Of a stretch of 64,000 nucleotides of DNA, positions 1-10,960 are shown in pieces; the first letter of the stretch is position 1, and every line of letters starts with the position of its first letter. A program made the translations under genes and the position numbers. Under the pieces are notes generated by a model that was given only the letters and a program-made list of their open reading frames with translations, was not told where the DNA came from and did not search any database. This DNA comes from Burkholderiaceae bacterium (GTDB lineage Bacteria; Pseudomonadota; Gammaproteobacteria; Burkholderiales; Burkholderiaceae_C). Where the stretch lies: positions 3,959-67,958 of the forward strand of contig JAFMFB010000008.1 in assembly GCA_017856435.1 (NCBI GenBank). The letters are read 5' to 3'.

Positions 1-210
1 ATTGTGCAGGAGCTCTTGCGCGCAATCAGACGCATCACCCGGGAGGAGGGTCTGTCGGCCATCATTGTTGAACAGCATCCCCAACTGATTCTTTCCATTT
101 CAGACCGGGCCGCTGTACTGGACCGTGGCACGATCGTCCACGCCAGCGACGCCACAGAGCTGAAAAGCCAACCCGAACTGCTCGATCGACTGCTGGGTGT
201 AGCACGTTAG
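1..210 (+). CDS. ABC transporter ATP-binding protein, C-terminal fragment (LivF-like); 5' end lies outside the window
   Basis: The frame is open from base 1. The translation ...IIVEQHPQLILSISDRAAVLDRGTIVHASDATEL... matches the D-loop/H-loop region and tail of branched-chain amino-acid type ABC ATPases. Confidence 0.7.
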   Translation: MVQELLRAIRRITREEGLSAIIVEQHPQLILSISDRAAVLDRGTIVHASDATELKSQPELLDRLLGVAR

Positions 211-255
211 ACCTTATTCTCTTGTGTTCGAAATAATTTATTCAGGAGCATTTTC

Positions 256-1230
256 ATGAAAAACTCAACCATTCTTGGCTTGGCACTCAAATTTCTGGTC
301 GCTCTCTTGTTGACGCCCCCGGCTTGGGCTCAGGCCTATCCGACCAAGCCCATGAAAATCGTTGTGCCGTTTGGACCTGGAGGGGTGGCCGACTTGACGG
401 CTCGAACAGTGGCTCAAAAGCTTAGCCAGTCCATGGGTCAACCGGTCGTCATTGAAAACAAGCCAGGGGCTGGTGGCATTGCGGCGTCTGATCTGGTGGC
501 CAAGTCAGAGCCCGATGGGCACACCATGCTGTTGATGTCCAACGGAAGCGCCGTCACTGCCAATTTATTCAAGACCTTGCCCTTTGATATGGTGCGCGAC
601 TTCACACCAGCTTCGACCCTGGGGTTTTTTGACATCGCCATCGTCACCGCTACCGGGTCACGCTTCAAGACCTTGGAAGAACTGCTGGACTATGCCCGCA
701 AAAATCCGGGCAAGCTCAATCTGGGCAGCGTCAATATCGGCAGCACACAAAATCTGGCTGCTGAGCTGTTCAAATCAAATGCCGGGGTGGATATGCAGAT
801 TGTTCCATTCAATGGGACGCCTGCCTTGGTGAACGCTCTGCGGGGCGGTCAAATTGATGCCGCAGTCGAAATCCTTGCGCCAGTGATTGGCCAGATCAAG
901 GGAGGGGCACTGCAGGCCTTGGCTGTGACCAGTGAAAAACGTTCCGCTTTGTTGCCTATGGTGCCAACCGCCAAGGAAAGTGGCCTACCCGACTATGTCG
1001 CTACCTCCTGGAATGCCTTGGCTGTCCCTTCCAAAACTCCCAAGGAAGTTGTCGACAAACTTAACCAGCAAATTATTGCTGCCGTCAATTCTCCAGAAGT
1101 CAGAAATCGACTGGCAGAACTGGGCGTCGATGCCAAGGCGTCCTCTTCCAAGCAGGCCCAGGAGTTCCTTGTCAGCGAAATCAAACGCTGGGGAGAGGTC
1201 ATTCAGCGAGCCAACATTCCCAAGCAGTAA
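256..1230 (+). CDS. Bug family (TctC-like) tripartite tricarboxylate transporter substrate-binding protein
   Basis: 324 aa with a signal peptide ending AWAQAYPTKPMKIVVPFGPGG. It has the typical Bug N-terminal motif and length, and an AGGAG Shine-Dalgarno sequence upstream. Confidence 0.9.
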   Translation: MKNSTILGLALKFLVALLLTPPAWAQAYPTKPMKIVVPFGPGGVADLTARTVAQKLSQSMGQPVVIENKPGAGGIAASDLVAKSEPDGHTMLLMSNGSAVTANLFKTLPFDMVRDFTPASTLGFFDIAIVTATGSRFKTLEELLDYARKNPGKLNLGSVNIGSTQNLAAELFKSNAGVDMQIVPFNGTPALVNALRGGQIDAAVEILAPVIGQIKGGALQALAVTSEKRSALLPMVPTAKESGLPDYVATSWNALAVPSKTPKEVVDKLNQQIIAAVNSPEVRNRLAELGVDAKASSSKQAQEFLVSEIKRWGEVIQRANIPKQ

Positions 1231-1255
1231 TCAGTACCTATCGGGACGGTATTCA

Positions 1256-2155
1256 ATGGAATTCAAGATCGGCCTGGTCGGCCATGGCGAGGTTGGCAAA
1301 ATTTTTGCCAGTGGTTTGCGGATTAAAACTGCAAATTGGGTTGGTGCATGGGACACAAAATTCAATGACCCTGCACTGGGGCCAGAAGAACGCGCGTTTG
1401 CCAGCGCTCAGGGTGTTCAGCCTTGCGACTCGGTGGCTGACTTGAGTTCTAGGGCCACCATCCTGATGTCCGCAGTGACGGCCTCCAATACGCTTGCGGT
1501 AGCCTAAGAAGCTTCTCGGCATATTCAGCCCGGTACTTTTTTCCTGGATCTGAATTCTGCTTCGCCTGGCACCAAGGCCCAGTGCGCGCTGCTGATCGAA
1601 AACGCTGGGGGCCATTATGTCGAGGCGGGCGTCATGACGTCCGTGCCGCCCTACGGTATCAAGGTGCCTATGCTATTGGGCGGTGCCAGGGCGGTTGAGG
1701 TGGCTCATCTGCTGGTGTCATGGGGTATGGATGCCAGCACCGTCTCAGAGAAGGTGGGTGTCGCCTCTGCGATCAAGATGTGTCGCAGCGTCATGATTAA
1801 GGGACTGGAAGCCCTGGTGATTGAAAGCTACACCACAGCACGCGCCTATGGCGTAGAAGATTACATGATTCCAACCCTTTACGAAACCTTTCCGGGCGTT
1901 GACTGGACAGCGCAGGGGGCTTACTTTTTCAGCCGTGTTACGCAGCATGGCAAGCGGCGGGCTGAGGAAATGCGTGAATCGGCCAATACGGTGGCCGAAA
2001 GCGGTTTCTCGCCCTTCATGACCTCTGCCACTGCTGACAAACAGGCCTGGGTGGCGCGGCAATCATCCCAAGGCGTGTTTGACGGCCTTGCCAAGGACGC
2101 TCCCTGGCAGGACTATGCCGACCGTCTTCTGAAGCACGCAAGACAGGCGGACTGA
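1256..2155 (+). pseudogene. NAD(P)-binding oxidoreductase with a DUF1932 C-terminal domain, interrupted by an in-frame TAA at 1505..1507
   Basis: The N-terminal part is MEFKIGLVGHGEVGKIF (Rossmann GxGxxG), 1256..1504. The C-terminal ORF 1634..2155 is in the same frame. The stretch between them translates without further stops as EASRHIQPGTFFLDLNSASPGTKAQCALLIENAGGHYVEAGV, which is the expected middle of this family. Confidence 0.7.
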
Positions 2156-2186
2156 AGCTCCTTGCTCCGTCTCATCAGGGCTCAAG

Positions 2187-3137
2187 TTAAGCAGCAATGT
2201 CTTTTGGGTCAGGCCTGGCCGGCCGCGCAGTTTTTGCCCTTGACGGGCTCAGAGTTTGCAGCGTGACCTCTGCCAGCAGCTGGCTCATGGCTTGCTGGGT
2301 CAGGGTGGTGGTACGTCCTGACGCTGTGGCAAGCACCAGTTGGCTCGATAGTTGGGGGTTGCTGATCGAGCGCACTGTGAAAGTGTTGGGATTGGATGCC
2401 ATGGCCAAGGCATAACGAGGAAGGATGGCGTGTCCTGCGCCATCGGCCACCAGATCCAGAATAGCGGCAACGCCATCAATTTCAAGGCTGATCATGGGTT
2501 TGCAGCCAAGGGCGGCCATGCGTGTTTCAACGGCCATTCGGATGGCATTGGGGCGGCTTGGTATCACAAGCGGCAACATGGAAATCTGTCGCAGTGTTAT
2601 AGACGCCTTGACTTGTTCATGCTCACTTCGGCTGATCAGAAAAAGCCCCTCGTCCATCAGTGGGCGCACCTCAATATCAGGCGAGGCAGGGGGGTTATAG
2701 AGCAGGGCAATGTCCAATCTTCCCGTCATCAACCACTCTTGCATGTTCAGGGTGAGCCCCTCGCTGATCGACAGGGAGGCATTGGGCAGGCGCTTTCGGA
2801 ATGCACGGGTCAGCGGCACGGCCAGAATCCTTCCGATGCTGGGGGGTAGGCCAACGGCCACCCGACCGGCGAGAGCCCCACCTACCCGGCCCAGATCCTC
2901 ATGCGCCCGTGAAACCTGATGAAGGATGCCCCGCCCATGTTCCAGCAGCATTTTTCCGGCCTCTGTCGTCGTCACCCCGCGCCCATTGCGAAGGAGCAGG
3001 TTTTGTCTAAGCTCGACTTCGAGTTGACGCACCTGACGGCTCAGAGCGGGTTGCGCAATGTTGAGCACGCCTGAAGCCCGGGTAAAACTACCCAACTCGG
3101 CAACCCGAACAAAGTACTCCAATTGTTTCAGATCCAT
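2187..3137 (-). CDS. LysR family transcriptional regulator, divergent from the protocatechuate 4,5-cleavage operon
   Basis: The N-terminus MDLKQLEYFVRVAELGSFTRAS is a typical LysR helix-turn-helix and is followed by a substrate-binding domain. I chose the ATG at 3137 over the longer ORF start at 3155. Confidence 0.9.
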   Translation of the reverse strand: MDLKQLEYFVRVAELGSFTRASGVLNIAQPALSRQVRQLEVELRQNLLLRNGRGVTTTEAGKMLLEHGRGILHQVSRAHEDLGRVGGALAGRVAVGLPPSIGRILAVPLTRAFRKRLPNASLSISEGLTLNMQEWLMTGRLDIALLYNPPASPDIEVRPLMDEGLFLISRSEHEQVKASITLRQISMLPLVIPSRPNAIRMAVETRMAALGCKPMISLEIDGVAAILDLVADGAGHAILPRYALAMASNPNTFTVRSISNPQLSSQLVLATASGRTTTLTQQAMSQLLAEVTLQTLSPSRAKTARPARPDPKDIAA

Positions 3138-3175
3138 AGTAGTTTTGAATAGCAACTTACTTATTATGCCGAAGT

Positions 3176-3197
3176 GTTATATCTGATAGTGAATAAC
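3176..3197. promoter_or_regulatory. Candidate LysR-type operator (inverted repeat GTTAT-N12-ATAAC) in the divergent promoter region
   Basis: Perfect 5-bp arms at 3176..3180 and 3193..3197, in an AT-rich spacer between the LysR gene and the catabolic operon. It resembles the T-N11-A LysR box but does not match it exactly. Confidence 0.25.
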
Positions 3198-3273
3198 TTT
3201 GATGGTGTGCGACCCCTGTCCTTGTCACAATTCAAGGTTTTGGATTCTCAACAGACCGGAGCATGCGCTAGCC

Positions 3274-3963
3274 ATGAGCACTGAAATTAAATGCATTTCC
3301 TCTATGGCAACCCGTCTGTTGTTGACAGAACTTTTTGCAAGCTATCAAACCCAAGGCTCAGCCCAAGTCGTGCTAGAAGCGGTCGGGGGTGTGTTGGCCG
3401 CCAAGCGGGTACAAGCCGGTGAGCCCTTTGATGTAGTAGTGCTCGATAGCGAGGTCATCGACAAACTGATCGCCTCCGGGCAGGTCCTACCAGGCAGCAG
3501 GGTCGATCTGGTGCTGTCGGGGGTGGCTGTGGCCGTGCGACAAGCTGCCAGCCAACCGGACATTTCCAGTGAGCGTGCCGTCAAAGCCGCTGTCCTGTCG
3601 GCGCAAAGCATCAGTTATTCCACCGGTCCCAGTGGTGTTGCGCTGGCCTGGCTTTTTGAGCAGTGGGGCATCGCCGAGCAGATCAAGCACAAGATCGTAG
3701 TGCCTCCCCCGGGCACTCCGGTGGGATCCCTGGTGGCCGAAGGACGGGCTGAATTGGGCTTTCAGCAATTGAGCGAGCTGCTACCCCTGAAGGGCATCAC
3801 GATTCTGGGGCCCTTGCCTGACAGTATCCAGGTTGTGACCACCTTTTCCGGCGGTGTGTGCACCGCCAGCGGGCAGGTTGATGCTGCCAAGGCGCTGTTG
3901 GCCTTTCTGACGTCACCTCAAACCGCAGCGATCAAAAAAAAATTGGGCATGGACCCGACCTGA
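3274..3963 (+). CDS. ModA-like (type II periplasmic-binding-protein fold) substrate-binding domain protein with no recognisable signal peptide
   Basis: The translation begins MSTEIKCISSMATRLLLTELF and runs straight into the first beta-strand of the fold. The motifs YSTGPSG and ELGFQQLSEL are typical of molybdate/sulfate-type SBP relatives. GGAG lies 13 nt upstream of the ATG at 3274. Confidence 0.7.
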   Translation: MSTEIKCISSMATRLLLTELFASYQTQGSAQVVLEAVGGVLAAKRVQAGEPFDVVVLDSEVIDKLIASGQVLPGSRVDLVLSGVAVAVRQAASQPDISSERAVKAAVLSAQSISYSTGPSGVALAWLFEQWGIAEQIKHKIVVPPPGTPVGSLVAEGRAELGFQQLSELLPLKGITILGPLPDSIQVVTTFSGGVCTASGQVDAAKALLAFLTSPQTAAIKKKLGMDPT

Positions 3964-3990
3964 CTTTCTTGCGATTTACTGGAGCGTGTA

Positions 3991-5034
3991 ATGAAAAAAT
4001 CCCCCATGATCATCGACTGCCACGGCCACTTCACCACGGCCCCCAAAGCGCTGGAGAACTGGCGCAACCAGCAAATTGCCGGTATCAAGGACCCGGCCCA
4101 GATGCCCAAGGCCAGTGAACTGAAGATCAGCGACGATGAATTACGAGAGGCCATTGAAACCAACCAGCTGCGGCTGATGAAAGAGCGTGGTTCAGACCTC
4201 ACCATCTTCAGCCCACGGGCCAGTTTCATGGCCCACCATATTGGGGACTTCAATGTGTCCTCCACCTGGGCTGCGATCTGCAATGAGTTGGTGTACCGGG
4301 TGACCCAACTTTTCCCGGATCATTTTGTGGGAGCGGCCATGCTGCCACAAAGCCCGGGCGTTGATCCTAAGACTTGTCTTCCTGAGCTGGAGCGGTGTGT
4401 GCGGGACTATGGTCAGGTGGGCATCAACCTCAACCCCGACCCGAGCGGCGGCCATTGGACTAGCCCGCCCCTGACCGATCGCCACTGGTACCCGATCTAC
4501 GAGAAGATGGTGGAGTACGACATTCCCGCCATGGTCCATGTCTCGACCAGTTGCAATGCCTGTTTCCACACCACCGGCGCCCACTACCTCAACGCTGACA
4601 CCACGGCGGTGATGCAGCTGATCCAGGGTGATCTGTTCAAGGACTTTCCAAGTCTGAAATTCATCATTCCGCACGGCGGTGGCGCCGCGCCCTACCACTG
4701 GGGTCGTTTTCGCGGTTTGGCCCAGGAAATGAAGAAGCCGCTGCTCACAGAGCACTTGCTCAAGAATATCTATTTCGACACCTGCGTTTACCATCAGCCC
4801 GGGATCGACCTGCTGACCAAGGTAATTCCGGTGGACAACATTTTGTTTGCGTCCGAGATGATCGGCGCGGTGCGTGGCATCGACCCTGAAACCGGTGCGT
4901 ACTATGACGACACCAAACGCTATATCCAGGCCACCCCGCACCTGAATGAAGAGCAGCGCTACAAGGTCTATGAGGGCAACGCCCGCCGAGTGTTCACCCG
5001 GCTCGATACCGCTTTGAAACAGAAAGGAAAATAA
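3991..5034 (+). CDS. ligJ: 4-oxalomesaconate hydratase (amidohydrolase-2 family)
   Basis: Near-colinear similarity, from memory, to Sphingobium LigJ: [10 protein letters not shown]..., [70 protein letters not shown]. Confidence 0.9.
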   Translation: MKKSPMIIDCHGHFTTAPKALENWRNQQIAGIKDPAQMPKASELKISDDELREAIETNQLRLMKERGSDLTIFSPRASFMAHHIGDFNVSSTWAAICNELVYRVTQLFPDHFVGAAMLPQSPGVDPKTCLPELERCVRDYGQVGINLNPDPSGGHWTSPPLTDRHWYPIYEKMVEYDIPAMVHVSTSCNACFHTTGAHYLNADTTAVMQLIQGDLFKDFPSLKFIIPHGGGAAPYHWGRFRGLAQEMKKPLLTEHLLKNIYFDTCVYHQPGIDLLTKVIPVDNILFASEMIGAVRGIDPETGAYYDDTKRYIQATPHLNEEQRYKVYEGNARRVFTRLDTALKQKGK

Positions 5035-5036
5035 TC

Positions 5037-5729
5037 ATGAGCCTCAATGCACCCCTGGGCGTCGTCAAACGCCACATACAGCGCGCCGACCGTGCCGCCA
5101 CCGATGAGTTGGCCAAATATGGTGTGGCCACCGTCCATGAAGCTCAAGGTCGAATCGGTTTGCTGCAGTCTTATATGCGTCCCATTTACCCGGGGGCACA
5201 GGTTTCCGGCACTGCGGTGACGGTCTTGCTGCACCCCGGTGACAACTGGATGCTGCACGTGGTGGCCGAGCAGATCCAGCCGGGTGATATTGTGGTGGCC
5301 GCGCTGTCCTCGCCCAACACTGATGGATTCTTTGGCGATTTGCTGGCTACCTCTTTCAAGGCGCGTGGTGCACGTGGCTTGATCATTGACGGCGGTTGTC
5401 GTGACATCAAGACGCTCAAGGAAATGGATTTTCCGGTCTGGAGTCGCGCCATCAGTGCCAAGGGCACCATCAAGGCCACGCTCGGGTCGGTCAATATTCC
5501 GGTGGTCTGTGCTGGGATGATTGTCAATCCAGGTGACGCCATCGTGGCCGACGATGATGGTGTGGTGGTGGTCAATGCAGCCGATGTCCGCAAGGTGGCG
5601 GATGCGGCGGCTGCCCGCGAGGCCAATGAAGGCGAGAAGCGGGCCAAGCTGGCTGCTGGCGTATTGGGGCTGGACATGTACAACTTCCGTCAGCCCTTGG
5701 AGAAACTCGGTTTGAAATACATTGACTAA
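5037..5729 (+). CDS. ligK: 4-carboxy-4-hydroxy-2-oxoadipate aldolase / oxaloacetate decarboxylase (RraA-like fold)
   Basis: [46 protein letters not shown] and [17 protein letters not shown] match LigK/PmdF. It starts 2 nt after the ligJ stop. Confidence 0.9.
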   Translation: MSLNAPLGVVKRHIQRADRAATDELAKYGVATVHEAQGRIGLLQSYMRPIYPGAQVSGTAVTVLLHPGDNWMLHVVAEQIQPGDIVVAALSSPNTDGFFGDLLATSFKARGARGLIIDGGCRDIKTLKEMDFPVWSRAISAKGTIKATLGSVNIPVVCAGMIVNPGDAIVADDDGVVVVNAADVRKVADAAAAREANEGEKRAKLAAGVLGLDMYNFRQPLEKLGLKYID

Positions 5730-5763
5730 GCCGCAACCTGGCTGATGGTTACCCAAGCTTGCC

Positions 5764-6573
5764 ATGAATAATTTTCACAGACGCTTTCTGCTGGCCTTTC
5801 TCGCTGCGGCATCCCTGCTGGCGGGATGTGCCACCCAGGCTCCCCAGGCATCGCCCTTAGAGAAGTCAACTCTGGCCCCCACAGGAAAACTACGGGTCGG
5901 GGTGTATCTGGGCAGTCCGACTTCACTGGTGATCAATCCCAAAACCGGCGAGAAAAATGGGGTCAGCTATGACCTCGGCCGCGAATTGGCGCAACGTCTT
6001 GAGGTGCCGTTCGAGCCGGTCGAATTCGGGCGTGTGGCGGAGGTGGTCGAAGCCCTGCGCGCCGGCAAGATCGACTTCACCATTACCAATGCCAGTGCAG
6101 CGCGTGCCAGGCTGGTTGATTTCAGCGAACCACTGATTGACCTGGAACTGGGCTACCTGGTGCCTGCGGGCAGCCTCCTCACATCGGTCGATGACATCGA
6201 TCGGCCGGGCATGCTGGTGGGTGTGTCTCAAGGGAGCACCTCTCAAGGCGTTCTGGGAACCAGGTTCAGGCATGCCAAGGTTGTGCCGGCACCGACCCTC
6301 AAGGTTGCCGCCGAATGGCTGAAGCAAGGCAAGTTGCATACCTTTGCGACCAACAAGGGCATTCTGTTTCAGATGTCTGATGAACTGGCCGGATCCCGTG
6401 TCTTGAATGGTCGTTGGGGTGCCGAGCATTTGGCCATTGCCATTCCCAAAGGGCGAGAGGCTGGCAAGGCGTTCATCATGCGGTTTGCCCGCTCGGTGCG
6501 CGAGGAGGGTCACTTGCAAAAAGCGATTGCCAAGGCCGGACTGCGTGGCACGGCTGCGCCAGAGGCAAACTAA
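5764..6573 (+). CDS. Family-3 (amino-acid/polar solute type) extracellular solute-binding lipoprotein
   Basis: Lipobox LLAGC near the N-terminus. The PBP3-type fold is indicated by LRVGVY...GKIDFTITNASAARA. Confidence 0.8.
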   Translation: MNNFHRRFLLAFLAAASLLAGCATQAPQASPLEKSTLAPTGKLRVGVYLGSPTSLVINPKTGEKNGVSYDLGRELAQRLEVPFEPVEFGRVAEVVEALRAGKIDFTITNASAARARLVDFSEPLIDLELGYLVPAGSLLTSVDDIDRPGMLVGVSQGSTSQGVLGTRFRHAKVVPAPTLKVAAEWLKQGKLHTFATNKGILFQMSDELAGSRVLNGRWGAEHLAIAIPKGREAGKAFIMRFARSVREEGHLQKAIAKAGLRGTAAPEAN

Positions 6574-6598
6574 AACAACCATTGGAGTCTGAACCATT

Positions 6599-7573
6599 AT
6601 GTTGCATACTTTTCGATCGTCTCTCCACTTTCTTGTGGCCGGGATACTGTTCTGCGGATTAGCCGCCCAGGCACAGAACTACCCGGTCAAGCCTGTCAAG
6701 ATCGTGGTGGGCTACGCCGCCGGCGGTGCCGTCGATACCATCGCCAGAACGGTCGGTCAGGCACTTGCCGCCAGCCTGGGGCAGTCCTTCGTGGTGGAAA
6801 ACAAGCCTGGGGCCGGGACCAATATTGCGGTCAAGCAGGTGATTGATGCCGCGCCGGATGGTTACACCCTGATGCTGGCCGCCAATGCCCTTGCTGCCAA
6901 TCCTTCGCTTTACCAACCGGCCCCCTTTGATCCGGAACGCGACTTGAAACCCGTGTCGCTTGTGGGCCGTGTTCCGGTGGTCATTGCCGCCAACGCCAAT
7001 GCCCCCTTTTCCACCATCGCCCAGTTGATTGCAGCAGCCAAGGCGCGCCCAGGCCATATTTCATTTGCCAGTCCTGGCAATGGTTCCACGCCGCACATGG
7101 CCATTGAGTTCTTCAAACGTGCTGCCGGTATTTCACTGTTGCACATCCCCTATCGCGGCGGCTCTCCCGCGATCACAGATGTGATCGGCGGGCAGCTGCC
7201 CCTGGTGGCGGTCAATGCCCTGGAGGTACAGCCTCATGTCCGTAGCGGCCGGCTTAAGGTGTTGGCGGTGCTCAGTCCCAATCGCACCCCAGTATTCCCG
7301 GAGACGCCCACCATTGCCGAATCAGGCTTTCCCGGCTTTGAAGCCTCGGTCTGGTACGGATTTGTGACGCCTGCGGCCACGCCCCAGGCGGTAATTGCCA
7401 AATTGCATGCCGAAATACAAAAGGCTCTCCAGACCCAGGAGGTCAAGGCCCGCATGACCGCTGTGGGGGGTGAGGTGCTGCCCGCGAGCAGCGAACAATT
7501 TGGCGCCCTGATTCGCTCCGAGCGGCAACGCTATGCCACCCTGGTGCGCGAGGCCAACATCAAACCCGATTGA
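6599..7573 (+). CDS. Bug family (TctC-like) substrate-binding protein embedded in the lig cluster
   Basis: 324 aa with a signal peptide ending AAQAQNYPVKPVKIVVGYAAGG. Typical Bug architecture. Confidence 0.9.
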   Translation: MLHTFRSSLHFLVAGILFCGLAAQAQNYPVKPVKIVVGYAAGGAVDTIARTVGQALAASLGQSFVVENKPGAGTNIAVKQVIDAAPDGYTLMLAANALAANPSLYQPAPFDPERDLKPVSLVGRVPVVIAANANAPFSTIAQLIAAAKARPGHISFASPGNGSTPHMAIEFFKRAAGISLLHIPYRGGSPAITDVIGGQLPLVAVNALEVQPHVRSGRLKVLAVLSPNRTPVFPETPTIAESGFPGFEASVWYGFVTPAATPQAVIAKLHAEIQKALQTQEVKARMTAVGGEVLPASSEQFGALIRSERQRYATLVREANIKPD

Positions 7574-7610
7574 TGGCGCTGAACCCTTCACTGGATAAAA
7601 AGGTAACACG

Positions 7611-8525
7611 ATGGAGTTTCAAAAGACACCCGGCTGGCTCGATTGGTACAGCGGTCCAAGCAAGCCGCGTTTCAAACTGCCGGCAGGCGCAGTGGATTCG
7701 CACTGCCATGTTTTTGGCCCTGCCAATGTTTTTCCCTATGCGCCCGAACGCAAATACACCCCTTGTGATGCGTCCAAGGAGCAGCTGTTTGCGCTGCGAG
7801 ACCATCTGGGGTTCGACAGAAATGTGATCGTTCAGGCAACATGTCATGGGGCTGATAACCGAGCCTTGGTCGATGCACTGCAAGCTTCCCAAAATAAGGC
7901 GCGCGGTGTGGCCACCGTCTACCAGGATGTGACCGATGCAGAACTGCAGCGCCTGCATGCAGCTGGGGTGCGTGGTACCCGGTTTAATTTTGTCAAACGC
8001 CTGGCTGATTCCACCCCGCGCGAAGTCCTGCAGGAAATTGCCGAACGTGTGGCACCCCTGGGTTGGCACATCGTGATCTACTTTGAGGCACAAGATCTGC
8101 CCGAGTTTTATGATTTTTTCACCGCACTGCCCACGCCTGTGGTGGTGGATCACATGGGACGACCCGATGTCAGAAAGCCGGTCGACGGGCCTGAATTCTG
8201 TCTGTTCATGAAGATGATGCGCGAGCACACCAACTTCTGGAGCAAGGTCAGCTGTCCTGAACGCTTGACCGTGACCGGCCCTGCAGCGCTGCAGGGCGAA
8301 CAGCATGCCTACCGGGATGTGGTGCCGTTCGCCCGTACCTTGGTGGAAAATTTTCCGGACCGAGTGCTGTGGGGTACCGACTGGCCCCATCCCAATCTGA
8401 AAGACCATATGCCAGACGATGGCTTGTTGGTCGATTTCATTCCTCACATTGCACCGACCGCTGATCTGCAGCAAAAGCTTCTGGTGACCAACCCGATGCG
8501 CTTGTATTGGCCTGAGGAGGTTTGA
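7611..8525 (+). CDS. ligI: 2-pyrone-4,6-dicarboxylate hydrolase (amidohydrolase family)
   Basis: PAGAVDSHCHVFGP, VVDHMGRP and LWGTDWPHP are motifs typical of LigI/PmdD. It sits directly upstream of ligAB. Confidence 0.85.
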   Translation: MEFQKTPGWLDWYSGPSKPRFKLPAGAVDSHCHVFGPANVFPYAPERKYTPCDASKEQLFALRDHLGFDRNVIVQATCHGADNRALVDALQASQNKARGVATVYQDVTDAELQRLHAAGVRGTRFNFVKRLADSTPREVLQEIAERVAPLGWHIVIYFEAQDLPEFYDFFTALPTPVVVDHMGRPDVRKPVDGPEFCLFMKMMREHTNFWSKVSCPERLTVTGPAALQGEQHAYRDVVPFARTLVENFPDRVLWGTDWPHPNLKDHMPDDGLLVDFIPHIAPTADLQQKLLVTNPMRLYWPEEV

Positions 8526-8527
8526 TC

Positions 8528-9855
<1,328 letters not shown>

Positions 9856-9897
9856 ACCTCACCTGATCGTCAGGTTGGGTCACTCACGGAGATTCGC

Positions 9898-10863
9898 ATG
9901 AGTAAAGAGAAAACTATCAAGGTCGCCCTGGCTGGTGCTGGAGCTTTTGGGATTAAACATCTCGATGGCATTCGCAATATCAGTGGGGTCGAAGTGGTTT
10001 CTCTGGTTGGAAGACGACTGGAGCCAACTCAGGAGGTGGCTTCCAAATATGGCATTGGCCATGTCACCACCCAACTTGAGGAGGCACTGGCCATTCAGGA
10101 GGTGGATGCGGTGATTTTGTGTACACCCACCCAGATGCACGCGTCCCAGACGATTGCCTGCATGAAGGCGGGCAAGCATGTTCAGGTTGAAATACCCATG
10201 GCTGACAGCGGCAAGGATGCCGACGCGATTATCCGGGTTCAAAAAGAGACGGGCCTGGTTGCCATGGCAGGGCATACACGCCGCTTCAACCCCAGTCACC
10301 AATATGTACATCAAAAAATTGTTGCCAGGGAATTCAATATCCAGCAACTGAATGTCCAGACCTACTTCTTCCGGCGCACTAATATGAACGCATTGGGCCA
10401 GCCTCGTAGCTGGACTGATCATTTGCTCTGGCACCACGCTGCCCACACGATTGACTTGTTTGCTTATCAGTGCGGCAGCCCGGTTGTGCAAGCCCATGTG
10501 GTGCAAGGCCCAATTCACCCCAGCCTGGGCATTGCCATGGACATGTCGATACAACTGAAGGCCGCCAACGGCGCCATTTGTACCTTGAGTCTGTCATTCA
10601 ATAATGACGGACCGTTGGGAACTTTTTTCCGCTATATCGGTGACACGGGTACCTACATTGCGAGCTATGACGACCTGTTCAACGGCTACAACGAAAAAAT
10701 TGACGTCAGCAAGGTCGACGTCTCGATGAACGGCATTGAATTGCAGGACCGCGAGTTTTTTGCGGCAATTCGCGAAGGCCGTGAACCAAATTCCAGCGTG
10801 GCCCAGGTCTTGCCCTGTTACCAGGTCATGCAAGATCTGGAAAACCAGCTGAATGCGAATTAA
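9898..10863 (+). CDS. ligC: 4-carboxy-2-hydroxymuconate-6-semialdehyde dehydrogenase (Gfo/Idh/MocA family)
   Basis: LAGAGAFGIKHLDG, ILCTPTQMHA, GHTRRFNPSHQY, TYFFRR.NMNA.G.PRSWTDHLLWHHAAHT and LSLSFNNDGPLGTFFRY match LigC. Confidence 0.9.
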   Translation: MSKEKTIKVALAGAGAFGIKHLDGIRNISGVEVVSLVGRRLEPTQEVASKYGIGHVTTQLEEALAIQEVDAVILCTPTQMHASQTIACMKAGKHVQVEIPMADSGKDADAIIRVQKETGLVAMAGHTRRFNPSHQYVHQKIVAREFNIQQLNVQTYFFRRTNMNALGQPRSWTDHLLWHHAAHTIDLFAYQCGSPVVQAHVVQGPIHPSLGIAMDMSIQLKAANGAICTLSLSFNNDGPLGTFFRYIGDTGTYIASYDDLFNGYNEKIDVSKVDVSMNGIELQDREFFAAIREGREPNSSVAQVLPCYQVMQDLENQLNAN

Positions 10864-10960
10864 TTCAATGGCCGCAGCTATCGGCTGACTTTCGATTGCT
10901 TTATTGGCCTTGTCTTTTATCGGATAGTGCTGAAGGACTGCCGACGTAGGAATCATTACC

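Noticed and set aside
932-1255. Upstream extension of the oxidoreductase ORF, overlapping the 3' end of the Bug gene in another frame.
   Set aside because: The Rossmann fold starts at MEFKIGLVGHG (1256). The extension is Pro/Ser/Leu-rich shadow sequence inside a confident gene.
3934-3942. A second A9 homopolymer (AAA AAA AAA = KKK) near the 3' end of the ModA-like gene.
   Set aside because: It lies 7 codons before the natural stop, so slippage would have little consequence. It does show that A9 runs can occur by chance, which tempers the dnaX interpretation.
4192-5765. Two long antisense ORFs (4192..4941 and 4968..5765) opposite ligJ and ligK.
   Set aside because: They have the same GC-driven shadow-ORF pattern. 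The sense-strand genes align essentially end to end with known LigJ/LigK sequences.
7560-8474. 304-aa ORF antisense to ligI, exactly the same length as ligI itself.
   Set aside because: It is a mirror ORF of a well-supported gene in GC-rich DNA. Its translation is Arg/Gly/His-rich with no family resemblance, whereas the plus-strand product has the clear LigI motifs.
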